From NCBI GenBank assembly GCA_037133055.1, contig JBAXOY010000019.1:1-36483 (forward strand): 36,483 nt of DNA, in the 5' to 3' direction. The stretch is from Chlamydiota bacterium. GTDB taxonomy: Bacteria > Auribacterota > Tritonobacteria > UBA1439. How positions within the stretch are numbered: the first letter of the stretch is position 1; each line of letters begins with the position of its first letter. The position numbers were made by a program, and so were the translations under genes. Below the pieces are notes generated by a model. It saw only the letters and a list, made by a program, of their open reading frames with translations. It did no database searches and had not been told where the DNA came from. Of the stretch, positions 18,764 through 27,773 are shown piece by piece.

Positions 18764-20550
18764 AGACCCTCCGAGGCTCCCGATTCACCGTCACCGTGGG
18801 CCTGGGCTCCTGCGGCGTCGCCGCGGGGGCGGAGGCGGTCGCGGAGGCGTTCCGCAAGGAGTCAGCGAAGCGCGGCCTCGCCGCCGAGGTCGGCATCACC
18901 GGCTGCGTGGGCATGTGCCACCGGGAGGTGCTCGCGGAGGTCTCCATTCCCGGCGGACCGCTTTCCCTCTACGGGGACCTGACGCCGCCCCGCGCGGCCC
19001 GCGTCGTCGCGGAGCACCTCGCGGGAGGGGTTCCGGTGCGCGAGTGGCTCGTCGCGGGAGAGGGCGCGGACCTCTCCTCGCTCCCCTACTTCGCCAAACA
19101 GAAGAAGATAGTCCTCCGGAACTGCGGATTCATCGACCCGGAGGATATCGGCGACTCCGTCGGGCGGGGCGGGTACTCCGCGCTCGCCTCGGCCATCGAG
19201 AGCGGATCGCCGGACGGGGTCGTTCAGGCGGTCGTCGACTCGGGGCTCAGGGGACGCGGGGGCGCGGGGTTCCCCACGGGGATAAAGTGGCGCATTACGC
19301 GCGATGCCCCCGGCGCTGAGAAATACCTCATCTGCAACGCCGACGAGGGGGACCCCGGTGCGTTCATGGACCGGAGCGTCCTCGAGAGCGACCCGCACGC
19401 GGTGATCGAGGGGATGGCGATCGCCGCCTACGCGATCGGGGCCCGTCGCGGGATCATCTACGTGCGCGCGGAGTACCCGCTCGCGGTGAAACGGCTCGGC
19501 ATCGCGGTGCGGCAGGCGGAGGCGCGGGGCTTCCTCGGGAGGAACATACTCGGAAAGGGATTCGACTTCACCGTGTCCCTGATGGAGGGCGCCGGGGCGT
19601 TCGTCTGCGGGGAGGAGACCGCGCTCATACAATCGATCCAGGGCGAGCGCGGGATGCCGCGCCTGAGGCCGCCGTTCCCGTCCTCCCGCGGGCTCTGGGG
19701 AAAACCGACCTGCATCAACAACGTCGAGACGCTCGCCGCCGTCCCGTGGATCATCGCGCACGGCGCCGCGGCGTACGCGGCGATCGGCACTCCCGGGAGC
19801 AGGGGGACGAAGGTCTTCGCGCTCGCGGGCAAGGTCGCGCGCGGGGGGCTGGTCGAGGTCCCGATGGGGATCACCCTCCGGGAGATCATCTTCGACATCG
19901 GCGGCGGCTCGCCGACCGGCCTCGCCGTGAAGGCGGTCCAGATCGGCGGCCCCTCCGGCGGCTGCCTTCCGGCCGACCTCTTCGACACCCCGATTGACTA
20001 CGAGTCGCTCCAGGAGAGCGGGGCGATCATGGGCTCCGGAGGGATGATCGTCCTAGACGGGACAAGCTGCATGGTGGATATCGCCCGCTACTTCCTCGCC
20101 TTCACGCAGGCCGAGTCGTGCGGGAAGTGCACCTTTTGCCGGATCGGGACGAAACGGATGCTCGATATCCTCGAACGGATCGCGACGGGGAAGGGGCGGA
20201 TGGAGGATCTCGGCCTTCTCGAGGAGCTCGGGGAAAAGGTGAAGGCCGCCTCGCTCTGCGGGCTCGGGCAGACGGCGCCCAACCCGGTCCTCACGACGCT
20301 GCGGTTCTTCCGCGACGAGTACGCGGCGCACATCCGCGACCGGCGATGCCCGGCGAAGAAGTGCAAGGCGCTCTTCAGCTACGGAATCGACGCGGGGGCG
20401 TGCGTCGGCTGCGGGGCGTGCGTCCGCGCGTGCCCCGCGAAGGCCATCGCGGGAGAGCCGAAGAAGCCGCACCGGCTCGAACCTCGCGTATGCACGCGGT
20501 GCGGACTCTGCGTCGAGACGTGCAAATTCGGGGCCATCGCGGCGGAATGA
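18760..20550 (+). CDS. NuoF/HydB-like FMN/NADH-binding subunit with N-terminal thioredoxin-like and C-terminal 2x[4Fe-4S] domains (StnB-like)
   Basis: SGLRGRGGAGFPTG, NADEGDPGAFMDR, GAGAFVCGEETAL, NNVET, ESCGKCTFCRIG, SLCGLG and two CxxCxxC motifs. ATGA overlaps at both ends. Confidence 0.92.
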   Translation: MKTLRGSRFTVTVGLGSCGVAAGAEAVAEAFRKESAKRGLAAEVGITGCVGMCHREVLAEVSIPGGPLSLYGDLTPPRAARVVAEHLAGGVPVREWLVAGEGADLSSLPYFAKQKKIVLRNCGFIDPEDIGDSVGRGGYSALASAIESGSPDGVVQAVVDSGLRGRGGAGFPTGIKWRITRDAPGAEKYLICNADEGDPGAFMDRSVLESDPHAVIEGMAIAAYAIGARRGIIYVRAEYPLAVKRLGIAVRQAEARGFLGRNILGKGFDFTVSLMEGAGAFVCGEETALIQSIQGERGMPRLRPPFPSSRGLWGKPTCINNVETLAAVPWIIAHGAAAYAAIGTPGSRGTKVFALAGKVARGGLVEVPMGITLREIIFDIGGGSPTGLAVKAVQIGGPSGGCLPADLFDTPIDYESLQESGAIMGSGGMIVLDGTSCMVDIARYFLAFTQAESCGKCTFCRIGTKRMLDILERIATGKGRMEDLGLLEELGEKVKAASLCGLGQTAPNPVLTTLRFFRDEYAAHIRDRRCPAKKCKALFSYGIDAGACVGCGACVRACPAKAIAGEPKKPHRLEPRVCTRCGLCVETCKFGAIAAE

Positions 20551-23500
20551 AATCCCAAATCCCAAATCCCAAATCCCAACGCGCTATTCCCGATCCGGCC
20601 GGGCCGAAGGCATTCCAGCTTACCATTGACGACCTACGTGTGACGGCCCGCGACGGCGACACGATTCTCGCTGCGGCCGGGCGCGCGGGCATCGCCATCC
20701 CCACGCTCTGCCACGACGGGAAGCTCGCGCCGTACTCCTCCTGCTGGCTCTGCGTGGTGAAGGTGAAGGGAGAGCGGCGCTTCCGCCCCGCCTGCTCCAC
20801 GAACGCCTCCGAGGGGATGGAGGTGACCACCCTCGACGACGACATCCGCGCCTCGCGTCGCCTCTGCCTCGATCTCCTCCTCTCCGACCACTGCGGCGAG
20901 TGCGTGCCCCCCTGCCGCCTCGCCTGCCCGTCCGGCTGCGACGCCCGCGGCTACCTCCGCCTCATCCTCGACAGGCACTACGGGGATGCCCTCGACCTCA
21001 TTCGCGAAACGGTCCCGATGCCCGCGACAATCGGGAGGATATGCCCCCACCCGTGCGAGGAGTCGTGCCGCCGGGGCGTGGTGGACGATCCCGCGTCGAT
21101 CTGCGCCCTCAAGCGTTTCGTCGCGGAGAAGACGGGCGGCGCCCCCCCCCCGGAGATAAAGCCCCCGACGGGGAAGCGCGTCGTCGTCGTCGGCGCGGGC
21201 CCCGCCGGCCTTTCGGCGGCGTGGTTTCTCGCGCGCGAGGGTCACGCCGTCACGGTCTTTGAGGCTCGGCGCGCGCCGGGCGGGATGCTCCGCTACGGCA
21301 TCCCCGAGTACCGGCTCCCAAAGGCGGTGCTCGACGCCGAGATTGACACGATCCGCGCTCTGGGCGTCGAGATACGCTGCGGCGTGCGCGTCGGATGCGG
21401 GCGCACCGTGTCCTCATTTCTCGAAGAGGGACATGACGCGGTCCTCCTCGCCGTCGGCGCGCAGCGGGGCCGGATGATGCGCATCGAGGGCGAGGATCTT
21501 CCCGGAGTGCTGGGTGGCATCGACTTCCTCGCGGGCGTCGCCGGGGGCGAACATCCCGCGCTCGGGGCCGACGTCATCGTCGTCGGCGGCGGAGACACGG
21601 CGATCGACGCCGCACGGACCGCCCTCCGCCTGGGCGCCAAGCGCGTGACGATCGTCTACCGGCGCTCCCGCGAGGAGATGCCCGCCACATCCTGGGAGAT
21701 CGCCGCGGCCGAGGAGGAGGGGATCGAGATCCGTTACCTCGCCCTTCCCGTTTCGATCGCGCGCGCAGACGGGCGGATCGAGGTCTCCTGCGCAAGGATG
21801 GCGCTCGGCGCCCCCGATGAGAGCGGCCGGCGCACACCGGTGCCCGTCGAGGGGAGCCGGCACGCCGTCTCCTGCGACACCGTCATCATGGCGATAGGCC
21901 AGTCAGTCGACCCGTCGGTGCTCGAGGGCTCCGGCATCGACGCCGGCAAGGGGGGCGTGATCCCCTCCGACGATCTCACGCTGGAAACGGGCCGCGCAGG
22001 GATATTCTCCGCGGGGGACTGTGTCACCGGCCCTGACATCGCGATCGCCGCGCTCGCCGCGGGCCGAAGGGCGGCCTTCTCCATCGACTCATGGCTCCGC
22101 ACGGGGACGGCCTCTCTACTTTCCCCTCTCTTCAGCCCCGCGAGGAGGAAGAACGAGGATATCGCACCGGATGAATACGCCGGCGAGGAGAAGATCGCGC
22201 GGATTGGCGCCTGCCATTTCGCGGCGGTGGAGCGCACGACGGATTTCCGCGAGGTCGAGCGGACGGCCTGCGAGGAGGACGCGCTGCGCGAGGCGTACCG
22301 ATGCCTCGAGTGCGGCTGCGACAAGGCGGACGACTGCACCCTGCGCGACCTTGCCCGCGAGTACGGCGCCGAGGGGAGCCGGTTCGGCGCGCCCGCAAAG
22401 CGCTGGAAGAACGACGATCGTCATCCGTACATCGTGCGCGACCCGGACAAGTGCATAAAGTGCGCCCGCTGCGTACGCGTCTGCCTCGAGGTGCAGGGGA
22501 TCGGCGCCTGGGGCTATGTCGGGCGCGGCCTCGAGACGCAGGTCGCCCCGCCGTTCGACAGGCCCCTCCAGGACACAGACTGCGAGTCGTGCGGGCAGTG
22601 CCTCACCGCGTGCCCGACGGGTGCGCTGTACGAGAAGAGCGACGCGTTCCCCGCCGGCACCCGCGAAGACGCGGCCGTTAAAACGGTCTGCGGGCACTGC
22701 GGTGACGGATGCCGGGTTGTCGTCGCCACGTCGGGGAACCGCATCGCGACGGTGCGGCCCATCGAGAACGGCAATCTTTGCGAGAAGGGAAAATTCGGCT
22801 GCGGGCATCTGGCCGGCGCCGAGCGCATCATCACCCCCGCGGCGCGGCGCGGGAGAAAGTTCGCGGCAATCGGATGGAACGAGGCCGCCGCCACGGTGCG
22901 CGAAGGGTTGCGGGGAGCCTGTCCGCGCGGGATCGCGGTCTTCGTATCGCCGCGCCTCACGGACGCGGAGGCGTTCGAGGCGCAGCGGATCGCCCGCGCG
23001 GTCCTCGGAACGAACAACCTCTACCCCGCCTCCGGGGCGATTTTCTCCGCCGCCGCTCACGCGCGGCTCGGGCGTATCGTCTCCCCGTGGAGCGCCGGCG
23101 AAATCGAGAAGAGCGACGCCGTCGTCGTGGTCGGGCCGCGCATCGTCGAGTCGAACCGCGTCGCCGTTCTCTCCGTCATCGCCGCGGCGCGGGGCGGGGC
23201 ACGGGTCCTCATCGTCGGCGGGGAAAAGACAAAGCTCGACAGGATCGCCGCGGAGAAACTCCGCATCTCCCCGGACCGTTTTGCCGCATACGGGAGAGAG
23301 ATCGCCGCGTTTCTCCGCGGCGCGCGGCGCCCCGCGATCGTCTTCAGCCGGGACTGCCTCGGTGAAGAGGCGATCCTCTCTCTCCACCGCCTCGCCGAGA
23401 AGTCGGGCGCCGGCATCATCTCCCTCGCGACGGAGGCGAACGTGCAGGGGCTTCTCGACGCGGGGGTCTCTCCGGTCGTGTTGCCCGGGCAGAAGCCCGT

Positions 23501-23891
23501 CACGGACCTAACGGCACGGCGCGCCATCGAGAAGGAATGCGGCTCTCGGATCCCGGCATGGAGTGGGATGGATCGAGCGAAGCTTCTCTCCGCGATGCGG
23601 CGGGGGGAGATCCGGGCGGCGTTGTTCCTGGGTGGATTCGTACCGGACGGGGACAGGGAGCTTGCGGCGGCACTCCGGCGCGTCCCGTTCGTGCTGATGC
23701 AGGCGCTCGCTCCGTCGCCGCTGACCCGCCTCGCGCGCGTGCTCCTGCCCGCGGCGTCCTGGGTCGAGAGCCGCGGGACGTTCACACGCTACGACGGCGT
23801 GAAGCGCTCCGTCCTCCCCGCCCTCCCGCCCCTCTGCGGCTACACCAACACCGAAATCTGGTGCCTTCTTTTCCCCAGTCCAACCTCGTAG
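20547..23891 (+). CDS. Large Fe-S flavoprotein: [2Fe-2S] + GltD-like FAD/NADPH domain + 2x[4Fe-4S] + molybdopterin-oxidoreductase-fold remnant (StnC/NsoC-like)
   Basis: IPTLCH...CWLCVV...PAC, PPCRLACP, GRICPHPCE, GAGPAG, GGMLRYGIP, GGGDTAID, YRRS, CIKCARCVRVC, CESCGQC, CGHCGDGC...LCEKGKFG, LLPAASWVESRGTFT. Start at ATG 20547, coupled to the upstream TGA. Confidence 0.85.
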   Translation: MKSQIPNPKSQRAIPDPAGPKAFQLTIDDLRVTARDGDTILAAAGRAGIAIPTLCHDGKLAPYSSCWLCVVKVKGERRFRPACSTNASEGMEVTTLDDDIRASRRLCLDLLLSDHCGECVPPCRLACPSGCDARGYLRLILDRHYGDALDLIRETVPMPATIGRICPHPCEESCRRGVVDDPASICALKRFVAEKTGGAPPPEIKPPTGKRVVVVGAGPAGLSAAWFLAREGHAVTVFEARRAPGGMLRYGIPEYRLPKAVLDAEIDTIRALGVEIRCGVRVGCGRTVSSFLEEGHDAVLLAVGAQRGRMMRIEGEDLPGVLGGIDFLAGVAGGEHPALGADVIVVGGGDTAIDAARTALRLGAKRVTIVYRRSREEMPATSWEIAAAEEEGIEIRYLALPVSIARADGRIEVSCARMALGAPDESGRRTPVPVEGSRHAVSCDTVIMAIGQSVDPSVLEGSGIDAGKGGVIPSDDLTLETGRAGIFSAGDCVTGPDIAIAALAAGRRAAFSIDSWLRTGTASLLSPLFSPARRKNEDIAPDEYAGEEKIARIGACHFAAVERTTDFREVERTACEEDALREAYRCLECGCDKADDCTLRDLAREYGAEGSRFGAPAKRWKNDDRHPYIVRDPDKCIKCARCVRVCLEVQGIGAWGYVGRGLETQVAPPFDRPLQDTDCESCGQCLTACPTGALYEKSDAFPAGTREDAAVKTVCGHCGDGCRVVVATSGNRIATVRPIENGNLCEKGKFGCGHLAGAERIITPAARRGRKFAAIGWNEAAATVREGLRGACPRGIAVFVSPRLTDAEAFEAQRIARAVLGTNNLYPASGAIFSAAAHARLGRIVSPWSAGEIEKSDAVVVVGPRIVESNRVAVLSVIAAARGGARVLIVGGEKTKLDRIAAEKLRISPDRFAAYGREIAAFLRGARRPAIVFSRDCLGEEAILSLHRLAEKSGAGIISLATEANVQGLLDAGVSPVVLPGQKPVTDLTARRAIEKECGSRIPAWSGMDRAKLLSAMRRGEIRAALFLGGFVPDGDRELAAALRRVPFVLMQALAPSPLTRLARVLLPAASWVESRGTFTRYDGVKRSVLPALPPLCGYTNTEIWCLLFPSPTS
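20550..20577 (+). repeat. Heptamer tandem repeat (AAATCCC)x4 directly after the start codon of the large subunit
   Basis: atg+aaatcccaaatcccaaatcccaaatccc, read directly. Confidence 0.95.
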
Positions 23892-23924
23892 GTTGGCCTT
23901 CAGGTCAACCTACGAGGTTGGACT
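23877..23924. repeat. REP doublet (REPIN-like), left copy
   Basis: AGTCCAACCTCGTAGGTTG-GCCTTCAGGT-CAACCTACGAGGTTGGACT: a perfect 19-bp inverted repeat, and each arm is itself a hairpin (CAACCT-CGT-AGGTTG). Confidence 0.9.
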
Positions 23925-23937
23925 TAGTTGAGGCATC

Positions 23938-24180
23938 TTATCCCCCCCCGATGATCATGAGTACCTTGAGTCGGCAGCCCAGGGTAAGGACAGTAGAGGG
24001 TTTTGCCTTCGCGCCGTCGATGTAGTACGCGAGCAGGTCCACATGCCCGGGGGCGTACCCGAGTTTCTTCCTCATGAACTCCCCGACGGTCGCGCCGTCA
24101 GGGATCTCGACCTCGACCGGCCCCTGCCCGAGCGGCTTCTTCATCGCCCCGAGCATTTCGATCGTGATCTTCAATGGCAT
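23938..24180 (-). CDS. MoaD/ThiS family ubiquitin-like sulfur carrier
   Basis: 80 aa beta-grasp pattern (EIPDGATVGE) ending in IIGGG; AGGAG RBS. Confidence 0.85.
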   Translation of the reverse strand: MPLKITIEMLGAMKKPLGQGPVEVEIPDGATVGEFMRKKLGYAPGHVDLLAYYIDGAKAKPSTVLTLGCRLKVLMIIGGG

Positions 24181-24200
24181 CTCCTAAGCATGGATAGTTA

Positions 24201-24890
24201 TTATGCCCACTTTTGCGGCGCGCACGGCTCCTCCAGGAGCAGGCGCTTGATATCCCCGAGCCTCCTCTGGTAGTCTGCCCGGTCCTCGACAAATACCCTA
24301 TACCTCGCGGGATCGATGTTCAAAAGTCCTTTGAACTCACAGATAGGGTCTTTGACCCCGGAGATGTACTCCCTGTATGAAGAGTCTCCCCATTCCTCCG
24401 GTCTGCCGACCATATATGCCGTCACCGGGTTGAGGTGGATATAGCGGGTGAGGTGCAGCAACTGCTCATCGGTCTTCACCCTCACATCTTTGAATCGCCC
24501 CTCCCAGAGTGGGCCTTTCCGATGGTGGCGGATGTTGAAATAGCGCGTGTAGCTATTGAGGATTAGCGCCATGTACGCCGAGATGCCCCCCTCTGTGAGC
24601 TGCTTCAGGATTAGGTGGAGATGGGTGGGCATCAGACAGTAGCAAACAATTTGGACAAACTTCGGTTTGTCAGATGATCTTATTTTTTGCAATGATGTTG
24701 GAGTGGTTTTCGGCTTATACCTTAGCGTTCTGGAAAATGGGATCGTGGGTTTGCCTCTTTGATAATACAGAAGAGTCCCGAGCATTCTGTCATATTCGGC
24801 AGGGGAGGTGAAGATTGCGAGCATGGAGATACTTCTGCTGTAGATGTGATAGGTTTCACCCAGCGCTAGAGGGTCTTTCCTGTACTGCAT
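24201..24890 (-). mobile_element. REP-associated tyrosine transposase (RAYT/TnpA-REP, Y1 HUH superfamily)
   Basis: TYHIYSRS, YCLMPTHLHL (HUH), YFNIRH.RKGPLWEGRFK, RYIHLNPV (catalytic Tyr), WxxSSY. Visibly lower GC than its neighbours; REP doublets nearby. Start set at ATG 24890. Confidence 0.9.
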
Positions 24891-24912
24891 AGTGCCTCTT
24901 GACCAATATAAA

Positions 24913-24960
24913 AGTCCAACCTCGTAGGTTGCCATGAAGGCCAATCTACGAGGTTGGTCT
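24913..24960. repeat. REP doublet (REPIN-like), right copy, inverted relative to the left copy
   Basis: AGTCCAACCTCGTAGGTTG-CCATGAAGGC-CAATCTACGAGGTTGGTCT; matches the reverse complement of 23877-23924 at 44 of 48 positions. Confidence 0.9.
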
Positions 24961-24963
24961 AAA

Positions 24964-27279
24964 TCAGGAAGATTTCAGGGCGTTGAAGACCGTCTCGGGC
25001 GTATAGGGGGACTTTCTGAGGCGAATGCCGACGGCATCGAAGATGGCGTTGGAGATCGCGGGCAGGGGACCGTTGATGTTGACTTCGGCGATCGACTTCG
25101 CCCCGAAGGGGCCGGTGGGTTCGTAGGTTGGGACGAGGAAGGTGCGGATCTCCGGGAGGTCGCGCGTGAAATAGACCCCGTAGGTGCCGAAGGAGGGGTT
25201 GAGGAGCCTCCCCTTTTCGTTGTAGATATATCGCTCCGAGAGGGCGTAGCTGATGCCGTTCAGGAGGGCGCCCTCAACCTGCCCCTCCGCGAGGACCGGG
25301 TTGATGGCGACGCCGCAGTCTGTGGCGGTCACATAGCGCACGACGCGGACCCTCCCCGTCTCGGTGTCCACCTCGACCTCCGCGACGTGTGCCGCAAACG
25401 GCGGCGGGGATTGGTCGGAAAAAGCCGAGGCGAAGGCGGCGATCTGGTGCTGGTCCTTCTCGTAGAGACTGCGCGTCCCGACGCGGGCAAGCGTCACCTC
25501 TCCTTTCTTCCCCACCGCCTTCCCGCCCTCGAGCCGGATGCCCTCCGCCGCCTCCTCGATCATCTCCGCGGCCACGGCGAGGAGCTGGGCGGCCACCTTC
25601 TCCGCGCACCTCTTCGCCGCCATGCCGGAGAGGTAGGTGGTGGAGGAGGCGTAGGCCCCGACATCGAACGGCGTGAGGTCGGTGTCGGAGGAGTAGACGA
25701 TGATGTCGGAGGTCTTCACGCCGAGCACCTCGGCCGCGATCTTCGCCATCACCGTGTCGGAGCCGGTCCCGATGTCCGTCGCCCCGCAGAGGAGGTTGAA
25801 CGACCCGTCCTCGTTCATCTTGATCGAGCAGGAGGCCATGTCGATCTTCGGGATCGAGGAGCCCTGCATCATGATCGCCATGCCGAGGCCGCGCCGCACG
25901 CACCCCGTCCCCGCCTTTCCCCGCTTCTTCGCCCAGCCGCTTTCCCTCAGCACGATGTCGATGCAGTCGGCGAGGCCGCAGGAGTTGATGGTCATCGCGT
26001 GACCCTCGGCCCCCTCTCCGAGCGCCGCGAACACGGGCGACCCCTCCCCCTGCCGGATGTGGAGCTTCCGGTACAGATCGGGGAGGTCCATACCGATGGC
26101 GCGCGCCATCTCGTCCATCTGGATGTTGACCGCAAGGCCCGACTGCGTGCCGCCATAGCCGCGGTACGCCCCGCCCTGGGAGAGGTTCGTGTAGACCGAC
26201 CATGCGTTGAACCGCACATTCGGGCAGTGGAACAGCGGGAGGATCTTCGATCCGGTGTTCGTGAGGACGGTGAGGCCGTGCGTGCCGTAGGGCCCCGCGT
26301 TCTGGAGCGCGGTCATCTCGATCGCGGTGAGCGTCCCGTCCCTCTTGATCCCGGTCTTCAAGGTCGTGACGCAGTGGTGCCGCGTTCGGGACGAGACGAA
26401 CACCTCCTCCCGGGTGAGCTGGAGCCGCACGGGCCGCCCCGTGGCAAGGGCCAGCGCCGCGGAGAGGGGTTCGGTGACAATGTCCTGCTTGGACCCGAAC
26501 CCGCCCCCGATGCGGGGCTTGATGACGCGGATCCGCTTGACGGGGATCGCCAGCGCGCGCGCCACGATGCGGCGGACGTGGAAGGGGACCTGGGTCGAGG
26601 AGATGATCACGAGGCGGTTGTCGGGGTCGAGGTAGCTGATCGTGGTGTGGGGCTCGTTGGCGACGTGCTGCGCGTACTGGTTCTCGTACTCGTGCTCGAA
26701 CACGAGGTCGGCCTCCGCGAACCCCTTCGCCATGTCGCCGATGGTGACGTCGGCGCGCCCGCAGAGGTTCTTCTTCGGGTCCATCTCGACCGGGATCGGG
26801 ATCAGCCACTCCGGTTCGTCGTGGATCACCGGGGCGCCGTTCCGCATCGACTCGCGGGGGTCGAATATCGGGGTGAGCGGCTCGTACTCCACCGCGATGA
26901 GGCCGAGGGCTTCCTCCGCGATCTCCGCCGTCTCCGCCGCGACCACGGCAACCTCGTCGCCCACGAAGCGGACCTTGTTGTCGAGGATGAACTTGTCGTA
27001 GGGTGACGGCTCGGGGTACCCCTGCCCGGCCTCGGTGACGATGACGCGCGGGACGTCCCTCCAGGTAAGGACCGCCTTCACCCCGGGGAGCGCGCGCGCC
27101 TTCGAGGCGTCGATTGACTTGACCCGGGCGTGCGGGTGCGGGCTCCGGAGCACCTTCGCCGACAGCATCCCGGGAACGTCGTAATCGTCGGTGTAGAGCG
27201 CCCTTCCGGTGACGAGCCCGATGCCGTCCACACGGCGGCGCGCCTGATTGACCTCGTTGAATTTTCGCTTCTCGCTCAT
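24964..27279 (-). CDS. Xanthine dehydrogenase-family molybdopterin-binding subunit (XdhD-like)
   Basis: VTGRALYTDD, LRSPHPHA, VRFVGD, STQVPFH, IGGGFGSKQ, AYRGYG, DIGTGSDT, AYASSTTY, GQVEG, GPFGAKSIAE (catalytic Glu). Start MSEKRK at 27279. Confidence 0.92.
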   Translation of the reverse strand: MSEKRKFNEVNQARRRVDGIGLVTGRALYTDDYDVPGMLSAKVLRSPHPHARVKSIDASKARALPGVKAVLTWRDVPRVIVTEAGQGYPEPSPYDKFILDNKVRFVGDEVAVVAAETAEIAEEALGLIAVEYEPLTPIFDPRESMRNGAPVIHDEPEWLIPIPVEMDPKKNLCGRADVTIGDMAKGFAEADLVFEHEYENQYAQHVANEPHTTISYLDPDNRLVIISSTQVPFHVRRIVARALAIPVKRIRVIKPRIGGGFGSKQDIVTEPLSAALALATGRPVRLQLTREEVFVSSRTRHHCVTTLKTGIKRDGTLTAIEMTALQNAGPYGTHGLTVLTNTGSKILPLFHCPNVRFNAWSVYTNLSQGGAYRGYGGTQSGLAVNIQMDEMARAIGMDLPDLYRKLHIRQGEGSPVFAALGEGAEGHAMTINSCGLADCIDIVLRESGWAKKRGKAGTGCVRRGLGMAIMMQGSSIPKIDMASCSIKMNEDGSFNLLCGATDIGTGSDTVMAKIAAEVLGVKTSDIIVYSSDTDLTPFDVGAYASSTTYLSGMAAKRCAEKVAAQLLAVAAEMIEEAAEGIRLEGGKAVGKKGEVTLARVGTRSLYEKDQHQIAAFASAFSDQSPPPFAAHVAEVEVDTETGRVRVVRYVTATDCGVAINPVLAEGQVEGALLNGISYALSERYIYNEKGRLLNPSFGTYGVYFTRDLPEIRTFLVPTYEPTGPFGAKSIAEVNINGPLPAISNAIFDAVGIRLRKSPYTPETVFNALKSS

Positions 27280-27773
27280 CAGCGTGCCCCCTCGAGCCGT
27301 CGCCCGAGCCTCGCCCCGCCCATCCGCTTCGCGGCGAGCTTCACCGCGTCCACAATCTTCACGTAGCCGGTGCAGCGGCAGTAGTTGCCGTCGAGGGCGC
27401 CCTTGATCTCCCCCTCGGCCGGCTCCGGGGTCTTCCCGAGCAGCGCCTTCGTGGCGAGTATAAACCCGGGGGTGCAGTAGCCGCACTGGACAGCCCCCGC
27501 GTCGAGGAACGCCTCCTGGATCGGGTGTAGCCTGTCCACGGCGCCGACCCCTTCGATGGTCGTGATCTCCCTGTCCTCGACCAGCCCCGCCAAGAGAAGG
27601 CAGGCGTTCACCGGTTCCCCGTCGAGAAGCACGGTGCAGGCGCCGCAGAAGCCCTGCCCGCAGCCGAACTTCGCCCCCTTGTATCCCTCGCGGCGCAGCA
27701 CGTCGAGGAGTATCTCGCCCGGCCCAGCCTCAAGCGTCTTTGTTACCCCGTTTATCTTCAGCGGTATTTTCAT
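27279..27773 (-). CDS. Xanthine dehydrogenase-family 2x[2Fe-2S] subunit
   Basis: KFGCGQGFCGACTV, ITTIEG, QCGYCTPG, GNYCRCTGY. Start MKIPLKING at 27773. Confidence 0.93.
   Translation of the reverse strand: MKIPLKINGVTKTLEAGPGEILLDVLRREGYKGAKFGCGQGFCGACTVLLDGEPVNACLLLAGLVEDREITTIEGVGAVDRLHPIQEAFLDAGAVQCGYCTPGFILATKALLGKTPEPAEGEIKGALDGNYCRCTGYVKIVDAVKLAAKRMGGARLGRRLEGAR

Noticed and set aside
20118..20546. N-terminal extension of the large Fe-S flavoprotein; likewise the extensions at 4918-5628, 27280-27486 and 27774-28037
   Set aside because: Each overlaps an upstream real gene; coupled or closely spaced starts explain the true boundaries.
18281..23891. Respiratory complex I (nuoEFG), [FeFe]-hydrogenase or formate dehydrogenase
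   Set aside because: No other nuo genes, no H-cluster motifs, an inserted GltD domain, and only a shortened molybdopterin-fold region with no recognisable Cys/Sec ligand motif.
23877..24960. CRISPR array or classical IS200/IS605 element
   Set aside because: There are only two palindromic doublets, no spacer series, no cas genes and no tnpB; the protein motifs fit a RAYT.
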